Assembly (NCBI GenBank): GCA_030390025.1 | Contig: CM059432.1 | Span: forward strand, 34,846,001 to 34,910,000 | From: Squalus acanthias | Taxonomy: Eukaryota | Length of the DNA: 64,000 nucleotides | Reading direction: 5' to 3' | In this document: piece by piece, positions 1 through 13,345 of the stretch | Layout of the letters: each line of letters opens with the position of its first letter | Position numbering within the stretch: the stretch's first letter is position 1 | Position numbers and translations under genes: made by a program | The notes under the pieces: model-generated | The model's input: the letters and a program-made list of their open reading frames with translations, nothing else | Databases searched by the model: none | What the model was told of the DNA's origin: nothing

Positions 1-154
1 AGGCTGACTAACACACTGCTTGAGGAAGGAGTCCTGTACACATTTTCGGAACTCCATTCCCTTTTCTCCATTTACTCCCTCACTGCCCCAATCGATAATT
101 AACATATCCCAGAACAATAATTCTGTTATTCCTATTCATCTCTCTAATCTCGTA

Positions 155-550
155 TCATAGAATCATAGTATGATGCAGCACAGGAGGAGGCCATTCGGCC
201 CATCGTGCCTGTGCCGGCTCTTTGTTAGAGCTATCCAATTAGTCCCACTCTCCTGCTCTTTCCCCATAGCCCCATAATGTCTTTCCCTTCAAATATTTAT
301 CCAATTCACTTTTGAATGTTACTATTGAATCTGCTTCCACCACCCTTTCAGGCACTGCATTCCAGATCACAACAACTTGCTGTGTAAAAATATTTCCTCA
401 TGTGGCCTCTGGTTCTTTTGCCAATCACCTTAAATCTGCGTCCTCTGGTTACCGACCCTTCTGCCACTGGAAACAATGTCTCCTTATTTACTCTATCAAA
501 ACCATTAATGATTTTGAACACCTTGATCAAATCTCCTCTTAACCTTCTCA
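155..550 (-). mobile_element. CR1 LINE 3' fragment
   Basis: CATAGAAT-type tail at 155-170. Encodes LRRLRGDLIKVFKIINGFDRV...TRGRRFKV. Confidence 0.85.
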
Positions 551-554
551 ACCT

Positions 555-929
555 AATCTGACTGCAGATTTCTTCTTCCTTTTCCTTCCCACAGTGTGGA
601 GGTCTGTAATACACCCCTACTAATGGAACAGGCCATTTTATATCTTTGAGATACAAACTCTCTCTGTAACCTTTTTTGTCTACATCAATCCTCTCTACAA
701 CATGGATTCCCTCTTTAACTGATATTGCCACTTTGTATCCTTTCTTATATTTTCTATCCCTTCTAAATATATTATCTCCCAATGTTCCATTCTTGTCCAG
801 TTGGCAGCCAGATTTCAGTTAATGCTATTTATAGTTTTTTCTGTAAAATAATTGCTTCCAGTTTATTTCCCACACTCTGCACATTGCAGTACATGCATCT
901 TAACCCTTTTTGTTTGCTTTTTTAAACAC
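555..929 (-). mobile_element. Old CR1 endonuclease fragment that continues at ~6511-6790 beyond the Harbinger
   Basis: FRRDR...VAISVKEGI...LVGVYYRPP APE motifs. Confidence 0.7.
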
Positions 930-1429
930 TACAGCTGTGAAATTGGAGCCTTTAGCATGGCTGCTGAGGCCGAATTTGAAGAAAAAATGGCGGCCGCCAC
1001 GCTTCCACCCGCTTCCAGCAGGTCCTGCGGCAGCCGCCATTTTGGGCAGGTCAGCAGCGCTGCCATTGCCTGCGTTCGCTCCAGATATTTAGATAACGCA
1101 GATCGTGATGTCAATGAGTGTGCAACGCTGATTTGACATACAATCTGCCATTTTCGACGTCGCCACTCCATTTAACGCCCTCTCCTAATCACGAACAGTT
1201 GACCATGCGTTCAGCAGCAGGAAGGAGCCCCAGGCTGTTTGAAGAGATCATCAACAACTTGCAGCTGACTTGCTTTTTCATTTCTACTGGCTGTGTAAGT
1301 TTGTGCAACTGTTTGGAGCTTTCCAGAGTTATTTAAAATTGCTGAGGTGACAGGGAGTGTTGTTGCAAGTGGAGAACGCCTTGCTTCTCATTTAAAGGGT
1401 TCTGCTCACACCACTTGCTCCCAGTCATT

Positions 1430-2456
1430 GGGGCTCTACTTGCAGTCCCCCTCGTGCTCGAGAATGACAGGGAGATGGAGCGGAGGCAGCGAAGAAGAGG
1501 ATGATGTGCTCACAGAGGGAGGAGGAGGAGGAGGGTTCTCAGCAGGAGGCCTTATGCACATAGGGTCTTCTGAGAGCACTTTACCTGAACTTAAGCAAGG
1601 AGCAGTGTATTCACAGAACACTGCCACCTCTTGCAAGCAGACCTGCAGCCTCAGAGCAGGGCGACCACAGCTCTCCCAGTGGCTCTCAATGTCACCGTGG
1701 CCCTCAATCTTTTCGCCACCGGATCCTTCCAGCCTGGAGCAGAAGACATAGCTAACATCTCCCAGTTCGCCGTCCATCGCTGCATCCGGGAGGTCACAGA
1801 GGCTCTCTACTCCAGGAGAAGAGACATCATTGTCTTCGTTCTGAACAGAGAGAAGCAGGAGGAGCGCATATGTGGCTTTGCCAGGATATCGGGCTTCCCC
1901 ATGGTGCAGGGCACCATCGACTGCACACACCTGGCTTTGCAGGCACCGCATATCAATCCTGAGATGTTCTGTAACTGCAAAGGCTACCACTCACTTAATG
2001 TGCAGCTGTTGTGCGACCACACCCAGCGCATCATGATGGTGAATGCCTGCTATCCTGGCAGCAGTCATGATGCGCCAGTCCTGTGTGCCAGCAATCTTCC
2101 AGCCACCACGTCAAACCCGCGGGCGGCTGCTCGGAGACAAGGGCTAACTGCTCTGCACCTGGCTGATGACTCCCCTCCGCAACCCCACTTATGGCCAGCA
2201 CTCATATAATGAGAACCATGCTGCCACGAGGAACGTCATCGAGCAGACCATCGGGGTGCTCAAGCAATGGTTCCGCAGCCTTGACCGCTCGGAAGGAGCC
2301 CTCCAGTACACGCCAGAGCGATTGTCCCATTTTGTGGTGGTCTGCTGCATGCTCCACATGAGGAGGAGGAGGAAGAGGAAGAGGAGGAAGCAGGCAGCAG
2401 ATCCCCGTTCCGGACGGGCTGTCCGTGAGCGCCTCATCAGACTCCTGTTCCAGTGA
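1430..2456 (+). pseudogene. Frameshifted Harbinger (HARBI1-like) DDE transposase
   Basis: Motifs VALNLFATGSFQ, GFPMVQGTIDCTH, KGYHSLNVQLLCD, YPGSSHDA, LLGDKG and RNVIEQTIGVLKQWFRSL are split over several reading frames. Confidence 0.9.
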
Positions 2457-2629
2457 ATGAAACCCCAGATCCCCATTGCTCAACACTTCCCTCTGTCATG
2501 GAACATCACAGCGTCCTCCTGGGCACAAAGGTGAAATGAGAGCCACCACAAAACACACATTCCAAACATAATTTATCAAATTCAAATCAAAAGAACAAAG
2601 TCAACTAATCACCCTTGTGCATTCCCTTA

Positions 2630-4093
2630 GGGCGAAATTTTTTGGGGGGTCAGCGGGCGCGATCGGTGATGGGTCGGGAGGGAAAATGTTTTTTTTTGAC
2701 AGCGGGTCAGGACCCCGTTGTCAACCCGCCACCACGCACCTTTACCAAATGTCGGGTCTGTCAACGCTGAGCAGATCCGACACGCAGCAGCGGGGGAGGC
2801 AATTCAGGTCATTATGACCTTGTTAACAAACCATTAAGAACTATTTTGAGCTCACCTTCCGAGTTTACCAGGTCGCCCACAGGGTCTACGCTGCTCGGGG
2901 ATCACGTCAGGTAAGCAGGTCAGGAGTTGTACGACCATGGAATCATCTCCTTACTTGACAGCTGCAAATGTGCTATAAAAGCTTCCATCTCACAGCTGTT
3001 CACTTTCTAAGCTCAGAAGCTGTTGCTTACTGCAGTTGGAAGACAGATTGAGCTTTATGCAGGTTGCAAGTGTTTGGAGTAAACTCTCTATCCAGTGTCA
3101 CCTCATTGGAACAACCTCTCTCACCACTGACAGATTGCTTCTGTCATCTCAAGTTCACCTGCCATCTATTCCATGAGCATCGGTGCCCTTGAAACTATCT
3201 CACTTTGGTCCTCAGAGTCCCACCACGATCAGCCCCAACACCAACAGCACCAGGCACACCAGCAGCACCAACAACAACACCAAACTTCTCCGCAATCAAC
3301 TGATGCTGCACAGGACAGAGGGCATCAGCACCCGACCACATTGCTGCCCGGGATGTCAGGGATGACCTCACCATGGCCAGATTTACTTCATTTGACGCTG
3401 TACACCCTGGCTGCCACATGGTGCGCCAGGTTAACACCACATCACACCAACACCATAAAGCATCCCTACAATGCCCAAGCCATTCCTTTCACACATCACC
3501 ATTGGGTAGGGTAGGGAAAGCAGAGTGATGGGGATGTGATGGGTGGCACAGCAGGATGAGGTTGAGTGTCGCTTTGCAGTAATGTTTCCTGATCTACTGA
3601 GATCATTGAAAGGTTTGCGCCACTGCAGCCTGGTCCTCCTGACGACATCCCTGCTTGTGTCCTCTTGTGCAATGTGCAACCAGGCTGCGTTGGCCTCCTG
3701 GGGAGGTCTTTTCCACCCATTAGAAGGGAAGAGAACCTCCCTGTGTGCTGTGACTCCCTCCATAAGCATATGGAGGGAGTCATGAGAGAGCCAGGGTGCA
3801 GCCGTGCACCTATGTGCAGTGCTTGTCAGTGTTTGCAGCACCTCAATGCTGTAGCACAAATGTCAAAGTAAATTTGCTCATGGTCCCTTTAAGGAAACCG
3901 GCTGATGAAGCATCATCAAATGACGTCATCAGACCTGCTTCCTTCAATTGGCTGGCAAATGTGCTGGGCGGGCTTAACAAGCCCAAATCAGAGGAAAATC
4001 ATTTTGGACAGCGGGCTGGAGCCAACAGTGAGGACGGGACCCACCACCGACATCACCCACCACGAACCCGCCGAGGTTGGGAAAATCGAGCCC
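2630..4093 (+). mobile_element. Non-autonomous Harbinger (internal-deletion derivative) nested in the 933-6507 element
   Basis: TIRs GGGCGAAATTTT / AAAATCGAGCCC, TTA TSD (2627-2629, 4094-4096). Retains the transposase 5' end (3173-3365, similar to 62493-62650) and a Myb exon on - (LMEGVTAHREVLFP...WLHIAQ...QWRKPFNDL). Confidence 0.85.
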
Positions 4094-4099
4094 TTAGTG

Positions 4100-6270
4100 T
4101 CTGTCTTTTGTGTGCCTTTTCCTACTCTAGTGCTCCTATGAAGTGCTCTCCCAATGGCTGCAGCATGGCTGGTGGAAGGCTGCTGACTTTCAGTAGGGGA
4201 GTCAACAGATGGACTTGCAGGATGACCTCGAGCAGCTCTGGGCCTAGAAGGCCCGGCTGTAGACTGCACCACCTCTGCACGGGGGCAGCAGTACGGGCTG
4301 GCTGGCAGACAGGCAGCAGCGAGGGCTCTGGAGAGTGGCAGTGGTGGGAGTATTGATGCTGTCATCCTGAGAGAGGACAGCAGGTTCTTGCTCCACAGAG
4401 CCAGTGCCACTCCCCTAGGGCGGCGCCCCAGCATTCCTAGCCATCTGTTGGACTGCTATGACACCCTGCAAGCCACTATCCACACTCGTAAACCCACCCA
4501 TGATGGCAGCAGTCTGAGCTTGCGTGTCAGCAAGCTGAGACTGCAGGAGAGCAGTCTGTGCTTCCACTGCAGCACTGAGATGTTGGGTCGCTTCTGCCTG
4601 TGCTACAATGAAAGCTGCGAGATCGCCCATCACACCCAGCATCATGGTTGGGTCCACAAGTTCTCTAATGGAGTTGCCCATCATTTCCATCCTAGAAATC
4701 ATGGGCTCCAAGTTCTGCGCAAAACCCCATGCAATGTTGGAGCTGGAGTCCTCCATGCTCCTTGACACTGACAAGAGGCTCTCTGGCAGGCTTGCCATTG
4801 CACCTAATATTTCTGTGTGCATGTTTATCACCCTTCTTCTGAAGGCTGCCCCATGTAGCTCATCAGCTGAGTCCTGTGCAGCAGAACCTATGCGCGAAAT
4901 CACTCTATGGGAAGCTGGCACCCGAGCTACCCCTTCCCCCTGGCCTGGCTGCAGCCCACTCGTGCCCGGTGACTCACCACATGGAGATTCCCCCTCTGTA
5001 CTACCCTCTAAAGTACGCGCAGTGCCATATTCTGAGCTGGTGTCTGCGAATGTCAGATGCAGTGCCGGTGTGACTTCTCCTCCAGAACTTCAGGGACAGG
5101 CGGGGCTGCTGGCAGTTCTTGGGTATCTGAAAGGAGAAAAGCACAAGGGTCGGGTTATGATGAGGGGAATGGGGGGAAAGCAAGATATCCATACATATAC
5201 ACCATCAGCAGCTTGTAAGTGAGAAGAGATTGTGGGATGAGGGGGAAGTGGGATGTGAGAAGAAGGATTAGTTATGAGCATACTGTCATCATCAGCATTG
5301 CTTTCCATTTCCCCGCCACGGACTCTATGACTGCCCCTACAATTATTTTGAGAACTTCAGGTCAGTGAGGTTCTCAATTCTGGCTTGCCCTCCACTGGTG
5401 TTACGCCGCCTTGGCCTGCAAGAGAAAGGGAAGTGTGTCAGTGAGCGTGGTGCAATGTGTTTGGGTGATGTGCCTGCCATGGTTGAATAGCTGGCAGTGT
5501 GTGAGGGTGAGGTGAAGCTATGATTGTGTGGTTTGAGTGATGATTTTTTAAAATTCATTCATTGGATGTTTGCATACTGCAAGGCCAGCATTTATTGCCT
5601 ATCCCGAATTGCCCTCAAGAAGGTGGTGGTGAGCCACCTTCTTGAATAAGTGACTTGCTAGGCAATTAAGAGTCAACCACATTTCTGTGGGTCTGGAGTC
5701 ACATATTGGCCAGTCCAGGGAAGGACATTAGTGAACCAGATGGGTTTTTACACCACTCCAGTGGTTTCATGGTCACCATTACTGATACCAGATTTATTTA
5801 ATTAATTGAGTATAAATTCCCCAGCTGCTGTGGTGGGATTTGAACTCCTATCTCCAGATTATAAGTCCAGGCCTCTGGATTACTAGTCCAGTAACGTAAC
5901 GTAACCGCTATGCTACCGTACCCCAAGTAGCTAGTAATTGTTGGTAGGTGAGTGATGGGGGTGTGGTGCATTGAGCAGTGTGTGAGGCTTGTGGTGCAGA
6001 TGGTGGGATATGGCATTTGATGATACATTCACTCACTTTGACCACTCGTGTGAGGTCATTAAACTTTTTGCGGCACTGGATCCAGGTCCTGGGGACAACA
6101 CTTGTCGCAGTGATGGCGTGAGCAATCTCCTCCCAGAGCTTCCTGGTCCTCAGCCTTGAAGGCCTCCTGCCCCCCTGTGGGTAGAGGACCTCATGGCATC
6201 TTTCAACCCCCAAGACTAAGGCCTCCAGTGCCACATCTGTTGGCCAATGGCTATGTTCAGACTGACAATG
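4100..6270 (-). pseudogene. Harbinger Myb/SANT-like DNA-binding accessory gene, about 3 exons, decayed
   Basis: Exon 1 (~6270-6037) encodes LEALVLGVERCHEVLYP...WEEIAHAI...RTWIQCRKKFNDL followed by GTGAGT. Acceptors (CTTGCAG, CTTTCAG) open exons at 5415 and 5126. The last exon encodes an Ala/Gln-rich helical segment. In-frame stops are present. Confidence 0.75.
5556..5925 (-). mobile_element. tRNA-derived SINE (family 2, CR1-type tail) in the Myb-gene intron; other copies at ~15640-15870, 41500-41790 and 54875-55032
   Basis: A-box-like GGTAGCATAGCGG and B-box-like GAGTTCAAATCC. The 3' tail closely matches the LINE ends at 22960-23045 and 48310-48400. Confidence 0.75.
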
Positions 6271-7294
6271 AGGTGCTTCTGCAACAAAGCAAACTTTATT
6301 GGCCCTTAGACTGCACCTAATATTAGCGCCCCTGTTGAGCACTAAGCCAATCAGCAGCGTGTTTAACGCTGAGATCAGCACTGCAGTCATGTAGATGAGC
6401 AGGCAGCAAGAATTTTGCGTGCTGCCTGCACCACTTAGAACGGGCGCAGGCAAATAGTGCTGCGTGATGCCCCCGCCTGTTTTCAGGCCTTATCCAATTT
6501 CTAGGCCTACAACTTTCCCCACAATTTTCTTGTCTAAGCTAGCCTCTGCCTTTACTTCAGTCTTATTCCCATTTATAACTGGTCCATTTGATTTCATTCA
6601 TCTACTCCAGATCCCTCTTGCTAATTTGTTTTCTGCATGAATATTATCCTCATCTATTTCTCCCTTCTCTATTCTGATCCTTGTTGGTTTAACTTTCCCA
6701 CCACCCCTACTTCTTAGTTTAAATACCTTGTCACTTCCCTATTTAACCGTTTTCCCAGTACATTAGCATCTTCCCTGTAGCACATCCCTGCAGAATAGCT
6801 CCCATTTGTCTCAGAACAATTGCCAATGCCCAACAAAGTGGAATCCTCTTTCTGTAGTGTTGACTGGTGTTGAGCAGAACAGCTCCCCCAGCTCTTCTTC
6901 AAATAGTGCCTTGCGATCTTTTATACCTACCAAAATAGGCAGTGAGGGTCTTGGTTTATTGGTGTATGGTAAGGACAGCACCTCTGACAGTCCCTCACCA
7001 CTGTACTGAAGTCTCAGCCTAAGTGAGGTGTCTTAAGTTCTGGAGTGGGACTATGAACTTATGACCTTCTGACTCACAGGCTACAGAGCTACCACTGAGC
7101 CAGCCTGGCACTCAGGCCAATCAGTAGGCTGTTGGACTAATTGAAGCTGGAGATGAAAAAAGACACGAATCAGATTCTCACTCTGAAGTATAAATACAGC
7201 CTGATTGACATGGTAACAGGTTAAAACAAAATCAGCATCTGGAGCTTGAATTCAAGGATTAACCTCAGGCTCTGGGTCATTGATTAGTGGAATA

Positions 7295-7312
7295 CACTGC
7301 CCCCTAGTGAAT
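7295..7312 (-). promoter_or_regulatory. Candidate CTCF site
   Basis: Minus strand reads TCACTAGGGGGCAGTG, one mismatch from the CCACTAGGGGGCAG core, in non-repeat DNA. Confidence 0.35.
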
Positions 7313-7594
7313 CAAATATTCACTCTGTGGCATCATCCAGAACAGAACTATATCTAGCCCCTTATTAAAGTTTGAGCTAAAGTACATGGGTTTGGGCTTT
7401 GGAAAGGTGGCGGGTGGGGCTGGGGGTTGCAGAATTTAGCTAGGGTTAAATTAAGATTTGCAACAGAGCATTACAGATGGAAAAAATGCAACGTAGTGTA
7501 GTATTCAGGTGAAGCAGGAAATTGCTGGAAATGCAGAGCAGGTCGCACAGCATTTGAAAAAAGAAAAGGCAAGTTAATGTATCAGAACATTAAT

Positions 7595-8630
7595 ATAACC
7601 CTAACATTAACCATAACCTAACCCAAGCCCTAACTAAGATGCTAACCAAAACGCTAGCCTTAATCCTAATCCAAATCTGAACCATAATCCCAACACTAAC
7701 ACTAACCCCCAAAATCTAACATTAACCATAAAGACTAACCCTAACTAAATCAACTCTAAATCCTAACCTAACCCTAACCCTCTGAAGCCTAATCCCAGTG
7801 TGGCCAACACTGACTCCACATGGAATCACTGACCGCAGTGTTGGCCTGGTTTAACTAACTCTAACATGGACAGCCTTTACCTTCTACAGACTAACACCAG
7901 CCCTACAGACCATGGGTAGACTTTCAACCTGCTGCCTGGGCATAAAACTGGCGTCACAGATTGGCTGCCAGTTATAGAAACCGCCCGATTTTCATTTCCA
8001 CTGATTTCAATTGGCGTCTGATCTGGATGGTCACTTTTACACCTGGGCAGCGAGTTGAAAATCTGTCCACAAACTGCCAACATGACAGATGGGATTTATT
8101 AACCAAAACTTGGCCAAAGAAAAAAGCACTGGTGACAAAGATCCTGAGCCTGGAACAATGGAATTGAAAGGTCCAAACACAACAGAAACCCCAGTCATAG
8201 GAGAGAACTTTCAGACAAGAAGAGGCAACTGTCCTCCTGCTCAAATTCCCTACCTAAATATTAACATGACGCGGACATGAAGCCTAATCTCAACCCTAAT
8301 CCTTCTGCTCAAACGTCCCTCTCTAAATATTCCTAACCCAAACCCTACCCTGACCCTAACCTAAACCAAAACCCTAACTCTAATAATAAAACTTTAGTCC
8401 TAACACTAAACCTAAAATTATGGCGAGAAAGCAGGAATGGGGTACTGAGGTAGCATGTTCAGCCATGAACGCATTGAATGGCGGTGCAGGCTCGAAGGAC
8501 CGAATGGTCTACTCCTGCACCTATTTTCTATGTTTCTATGTTTCTATAACCCTAACCTAAATACTACTATTAGCCCACACTATAACTGTAATACTAACAC
8601 TACATCCAACTCAAACCCAAACACAAACAG
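7595..8630. repeat. Degenerate (TAACCC)n-like tracts (7595-7795, 8280-8417, 8545-8630), split by a MITE and a CR1 tail
   Basis: Recurrent TAACCC/TAACCT/TAATCC/TAACAC hexamers. Confidence 0.65.
7914..8069. mobile_element. Short hairpin-like MITE
   Basis: Ends GGGTAGACTTTCAACCTGCTGCCTGGGCATAAAA and TTTTACACCTGGGCAGCGAGTTGAAAATCTGTCC are imperfect reverse complements. Confidence 0.55.
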
Positions 8631-9853
8631 CTTTGGGGACTTCTAAAGTCACAACACCATGACTGACAGAGTGACACATTTACATAGTAAGTTTCCATTG
8701 AAAAATGGATGCAGGAATTTAGAATAGAAATATATAAAAATAAGGACAGAATCCATGAACGCCTGGGCCCAATTCTCCTCCGCCCTCTTACCCTGCTTCA
8801 CCTGAAGACTACACTAGGGTTTGACTCCTCATGTGCAATGCCAAGGGAAATTGGCTAGTATTAATGAAAGAAATGACACATATTTACAGCTTTCACAGAC
8901 TAATAAGCAGAGTTGTGGGATTCAATCTTCAAAGTACTGGTAAACATCACAGAACGTCATTTAATAAAATGGAATTTTCCTCTTCCCGCACCCTCTTCCT
9001 TTACTCCCCTCCCCCCAAAGTCTGAGCACCAGTCAGGTGGCGAGCATCCGAACTGCAATCTGCCTCACGTGACCTGAACCCGGTTGAGGCCATTACCAAA
9101 GCCCGTTCCTCAGTAGGGTGGGTCTTGCCGCAGACCCGAAAGGTCCGCAGTGTCACAAATGTTCTCCAGCTTCTGTCCAACTGTCTGGTGTCCACAAACA
9201 GCAGCTAAACCCCCTCTCACTCCTTAGTCTATGGCGTTGGCCCTGTGGAAGGAAAGTTTGTACCTGGGTCCTGCAAAGATCCCATGGCACTATTGGAAGC
9301 CGTGCAGAGGGTTCTCCCAGTGTCCTGGGACAACATTCCTCCCTCAACCAACACCACCAAAAACAGATTGACGGTCATTTATCTAATTTGTTGTTTGTGG
9401 GAGCCTTGCTGTGTGCAATCTGGCTGCCACAATTCCCTACATAACAGTAATGACCACACTCCAAAATTAATTCATTGGTGTTGGAATACCCCACGGGTGA
9501 GAAAGATGCTGCATGAACTGAGGTTCTTTCTTTCTTACTATCGACAGCGATGATTTCTCAGCTGTGGCTCAGTGGTAGTGGTTGTGGCTTCAAGCCCCAC
9601 TTCAGAGAGTTGATCACATAATCTAGGGCGACACTCCAGTGCAGTATTGAGGGAGCGCTGCACTGTCGGAGGTGTCGTCTTTCGGATGATACGTTAAACC
9701 GAGGACCCTTCTGCTTGTTTGCTTTCTTTCTATCTGTCTTTCTATCTATGTTGAACCCGTCTTTTTGCATAAAACGATTTAAAATATTTAACTGAAGTCC
9801 CCTCAGAGCACAGCCTCACTTCGTACTGCGGAGAGATACCTGAAATCGAAAGG

Positions 9854-12800
9854 ACTGCCCTCTGGGGTAGAGAATTCCAAAGATTCACCACCCTCTGAGT
9901 GAAGAAATTTCTCCTCATCTCAGTCCTAAATGGCTGACCCTTTATTCTGAGATTGTGACCCCTGGTTCTAGACTCCCCAGCCAAGGGAAACATCCTCCCT
10001 GCATCTACCCTGTAAGAATTTTGTATGTTTCAATTAGATCACCTCTCATTCTTCTAAACTCTAGAGAATATAGGCCTAGTCTACTCAATCTGTCCTCATA
10101 GGGCAATTCCCCCATCCCAGGAACCAGTCTGGTGAACCTTCGTTGCACTTCCTCTGTGGCAAGTATATCCTTCCTTCGGTAAGGAGACCAAAACTGTACA
10201 CAATACTCCAGGTGTAGTCTCACCAGGGCCCTATATAATTGCAGTAAGACGTCTTTACTCTTATACTCAAATCCTCTTGTAATAAAGGCCAACATACCAT
10301 TTGCTTTCCTAATTGCTTGCTGTACCTGCATATTAAATTTCAGCAATTCGTGTCCCTCTGAACACCAACATTTTCCAATCTCTCACCATTTAAAAAAATA
10401 CCCTGATTTTCTATTTTTCCTACCAAAGTGGATAACTTCACATTTCTCCACATTATATTCCATTTGCCATGTTCTTGCCCACTCGCTTATCCCCTTGAAG
10501 TCTCTTTGCATCCTCCTCACAATTTATATTCCCACATAGCTTTGTATCATCAGCAAACTTGGATATATTAGATTTGGTCCCCTCATCTAAATCATTGATA
10601 TAGATTGTAAATAGCTGAGGCCCAAGCACTGATCCTTGTGGTACCCCACTAGTTACAGCCTGCCAACCCAAAAATGACCCATTTATTCCTACTCTCTGTT
10701 TTCTGTCTGTTAACCAATCCTCAATCCATGCTAGTATATTACCCCCAATCCCATGAGCCCTAATTTTGTTTAATAAGCTTTTGTGTGGCACCTTATCTAG
10801 AGGCAGCCTTCTGAAAATCCAAATAAACTACATCCACTGGTTCCCCCTTATCTATCCTGCTAGTTACAATCTCAAAAAAACTCTAACAGATTTGTCAAAC
10901 ATGATTTCCCTTTCATAAATCTGTGTTGACTCTGCCAAATCCTATTATTATTTTCTAAGTGCCCTGTTACCACGTCCTTAATAATAGATTCTAGCTATCC
11001 CCTATAACTGATGTCAGGCTAACTGGTCTGTAGATCCTCGTTTTCTCTCTCCCTCCTTTCTTAAATAGTTTGCTACCTTCCAATCTGTGGGAACTGTTCC
11101 AGAATCTATGGAATTTTGGAAGATGACAATCAATGCATCCACTATCTCTATAGCTACCTCTTTGAAAACCCAAGTATGTACGCCATCAGGTCCAGGGAAT
11201 TTATTGGCTTTCAGTCCCATTAATTTCTCCAGTACTATTATCTTACTAATACTAATTTCTTTCAGTTCCTCATTCTCACTAGACCCTTGGTTCTCCATTA
11301 TTTCTGAAATGTTTTTTGAGTCTTCTTCCGTGAAGACAGACACAGAAGTATTTGTTTAATTTCTATGCCATTTCCTTATTCCCCATTACAATTTCTCCTG
11401 TCTCAGCCTGTAAGGGACCCAAGTTTACTTTTGCTAATCTTTTCCTTTTTACATACCTATAGAAGCTTTTACAGTCTGTTTTTATGTCTCTCGTTGGTTT
11501 ACTCTCATATTCTATTTTCCTTTTCTTTATCAATTTCTTGGTCCTCCTTTGCTGAATTCTAAAATCTTCCCAATGCTCAGGCTCACTGCTCTTTTTGGCA
11601 ACATTATAGGCCTCTTCCTTTAATCTAATACTATCTTTAATTTCTCTTGTTAGCCACGGGTGGACCATTTTTCCCGTGGTGTTTTTATTCCTTAAGGGAA
11701 TGTTTGCCATTGCTTTTCTACTGTCCTATCTTTTAATCTAGTTTTTCAACCTACCTTAGCCAACTCGCCTCTCATACCTACGTAGTTTGCTTTGTTCAGA
11801 TTTAGGACCTTAGTTTTGGACTTAACAAAATCACTCTCAAACTCAACATAAAATTCTATCACATTATGATCACTGCTCCCCAGAGGCTCCTTTACTACAA
11901 GGTTATTAATTAATCCTGTCTCATTGCACAATACTAGATCTAAAATAGTCAATTCCCTAGTAGGTTCCTCGACATACTGATCTAGAAAACTATCTTGAAT
12001 GCATTCCATGAACTCTTCCTCATGCACTCTTACTGCAAATTTGGTTTGCCCAGTCTATATGAAAGTTAAAGTCCCCCATGATTACTGTATTATCCCTGTT
12101 ACATGCATCTCGAATTTCCTGATTTATACTCTGCCCGACACTACAACTACTGTTAGGGGTCCTATAAGCTACTCCCACTAGTGTTTTCTGCCCCTTGTTT
12201 CTTAGCTGCACCCAAACTGAATCAACGTTTTGTTTTTCCGAGCCAAGATCCTTTCTCTCTACTGTCTTTATCCCTTCCTTTATTATCAGCGCTACCACCC
12301 CCCCTCCCCCCCCCGCCCCACCGCGTGGAACACGTCGCAACGGAACAGCTCCCTCATTCCCCCATACTGATGCCAGTGTCCCATGAAACGAAACCCCTGC
12401 CTCCCACACACTCTTTGAGACACACATTTAACTCTCTGATCTGTCTGTCCCTAAGCCAATTTGCACGTGGCTCAGGTAACAATCTAGAGATTATTACCTT
12501 TGAGGTTCTGCATTTTAATTTGGACCATAGCTGCTCAAACTCCCTCAGCAGAACCTCATTCCTAGTTCTACCTATGTCGTTGGTTCCTACATGGACCACG
12601 ACTACAGGATCCTCCCCCTCCCACTCCAAGTTCTTCTCCAGCAGGCAACACAACCTTCGGAACTCCCGGCCGTGGCTGCAGAGAACTGTATCGATTCCCC
12701 TGACTATACTGTCCCCGACCACAACTACATTCCTTTTCACTCCCCCCACTTGAATGGCCTCCTGCACCCATGGTGCCATGGTCAGTTTACTCATCCACCC

Positions 12801-13345
12801 TGCAGTCCTTGTTCTCATCCAGACAGGTAGCAAGTACCTCATTCCTCCATCACTACATCCTGGGCCCCCATACCTTCCTGACTCGCAGTCACACCCTCCT
12901 GTCCCTGGCCATTGACGAACTCTAAAGTACTACTTAACCTAAGGGGTGTGACTGCCTCCTGGAACAAGTGTCCAGGTAACTCTCCCCCTTCCTGATGCCC
13001 CGCAATGTCTGTACCTCGTACTCCGGCTCAACAACTGAGTCGAAGTTCCTGGAGCTGCAGACACTTAACACAGATGTGGTTGCTCGGGATCTCGCTGGTC
13101 TCCACAACCTCCCACATGCTGCAGTTACAGCACACCACCTGCACTGCCATGTCTATCTAACCTTCTTTATTTATTTGATTAGTTAATTAATTTTTTTAAT
13201 CAATTATTTTAGTTTATTACTTAATTGGTTTATCTAGTTTTAGTTACTAATTTAATAATGTTATAGCAATTTACAGTTTCTTAGCTAGCTTAGAGACTAA
13301 AAAAAAGCTGTAATACTCGCCAACTAATCACCTACCTGCTGCCAG
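9854..13345 (-). mobile_element. CR1 LINE, near full length with internal deletions: ORF1 (Cys-rich N-terminus plus SGNH esterase) and ORF2 (APE + RT)
   Basis: ORF1 starts at 13150 (MAVQVVCCNCSMWE) and contains VVVVGDSIVRG and VVVHVGTNDIG. ORF2 contains VIMGDFN, GVPQGSVLGP, KFADDTK and YCVQFWSP. Many frameshifts. Confidence 0.93.

Larger units (their letters stand above)
933..6507 (+). mobile_element. Decayed autonomous-type PIF/Harbinger DNA transposon with convergent transposase and Myb/SANT genes, inserted in an old CR1
   Basis: Imperfect 14-bp TIRs AGCTGTGAAATTGG / CCAATTTCTAGGCC (10/14), with TAC on both sides (930-932, 6508-6510). Transposase on +, Myb-like gene on -. CR1-like sequence on both flanks. 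Confidence 0.8.

Noticed and set aside
1631..2456. Host HARBI1 gene
   Set aside because: Frameshifted, bounded by TIR/TSD and paired with a Myb-like gene, so it is a transposon copy.
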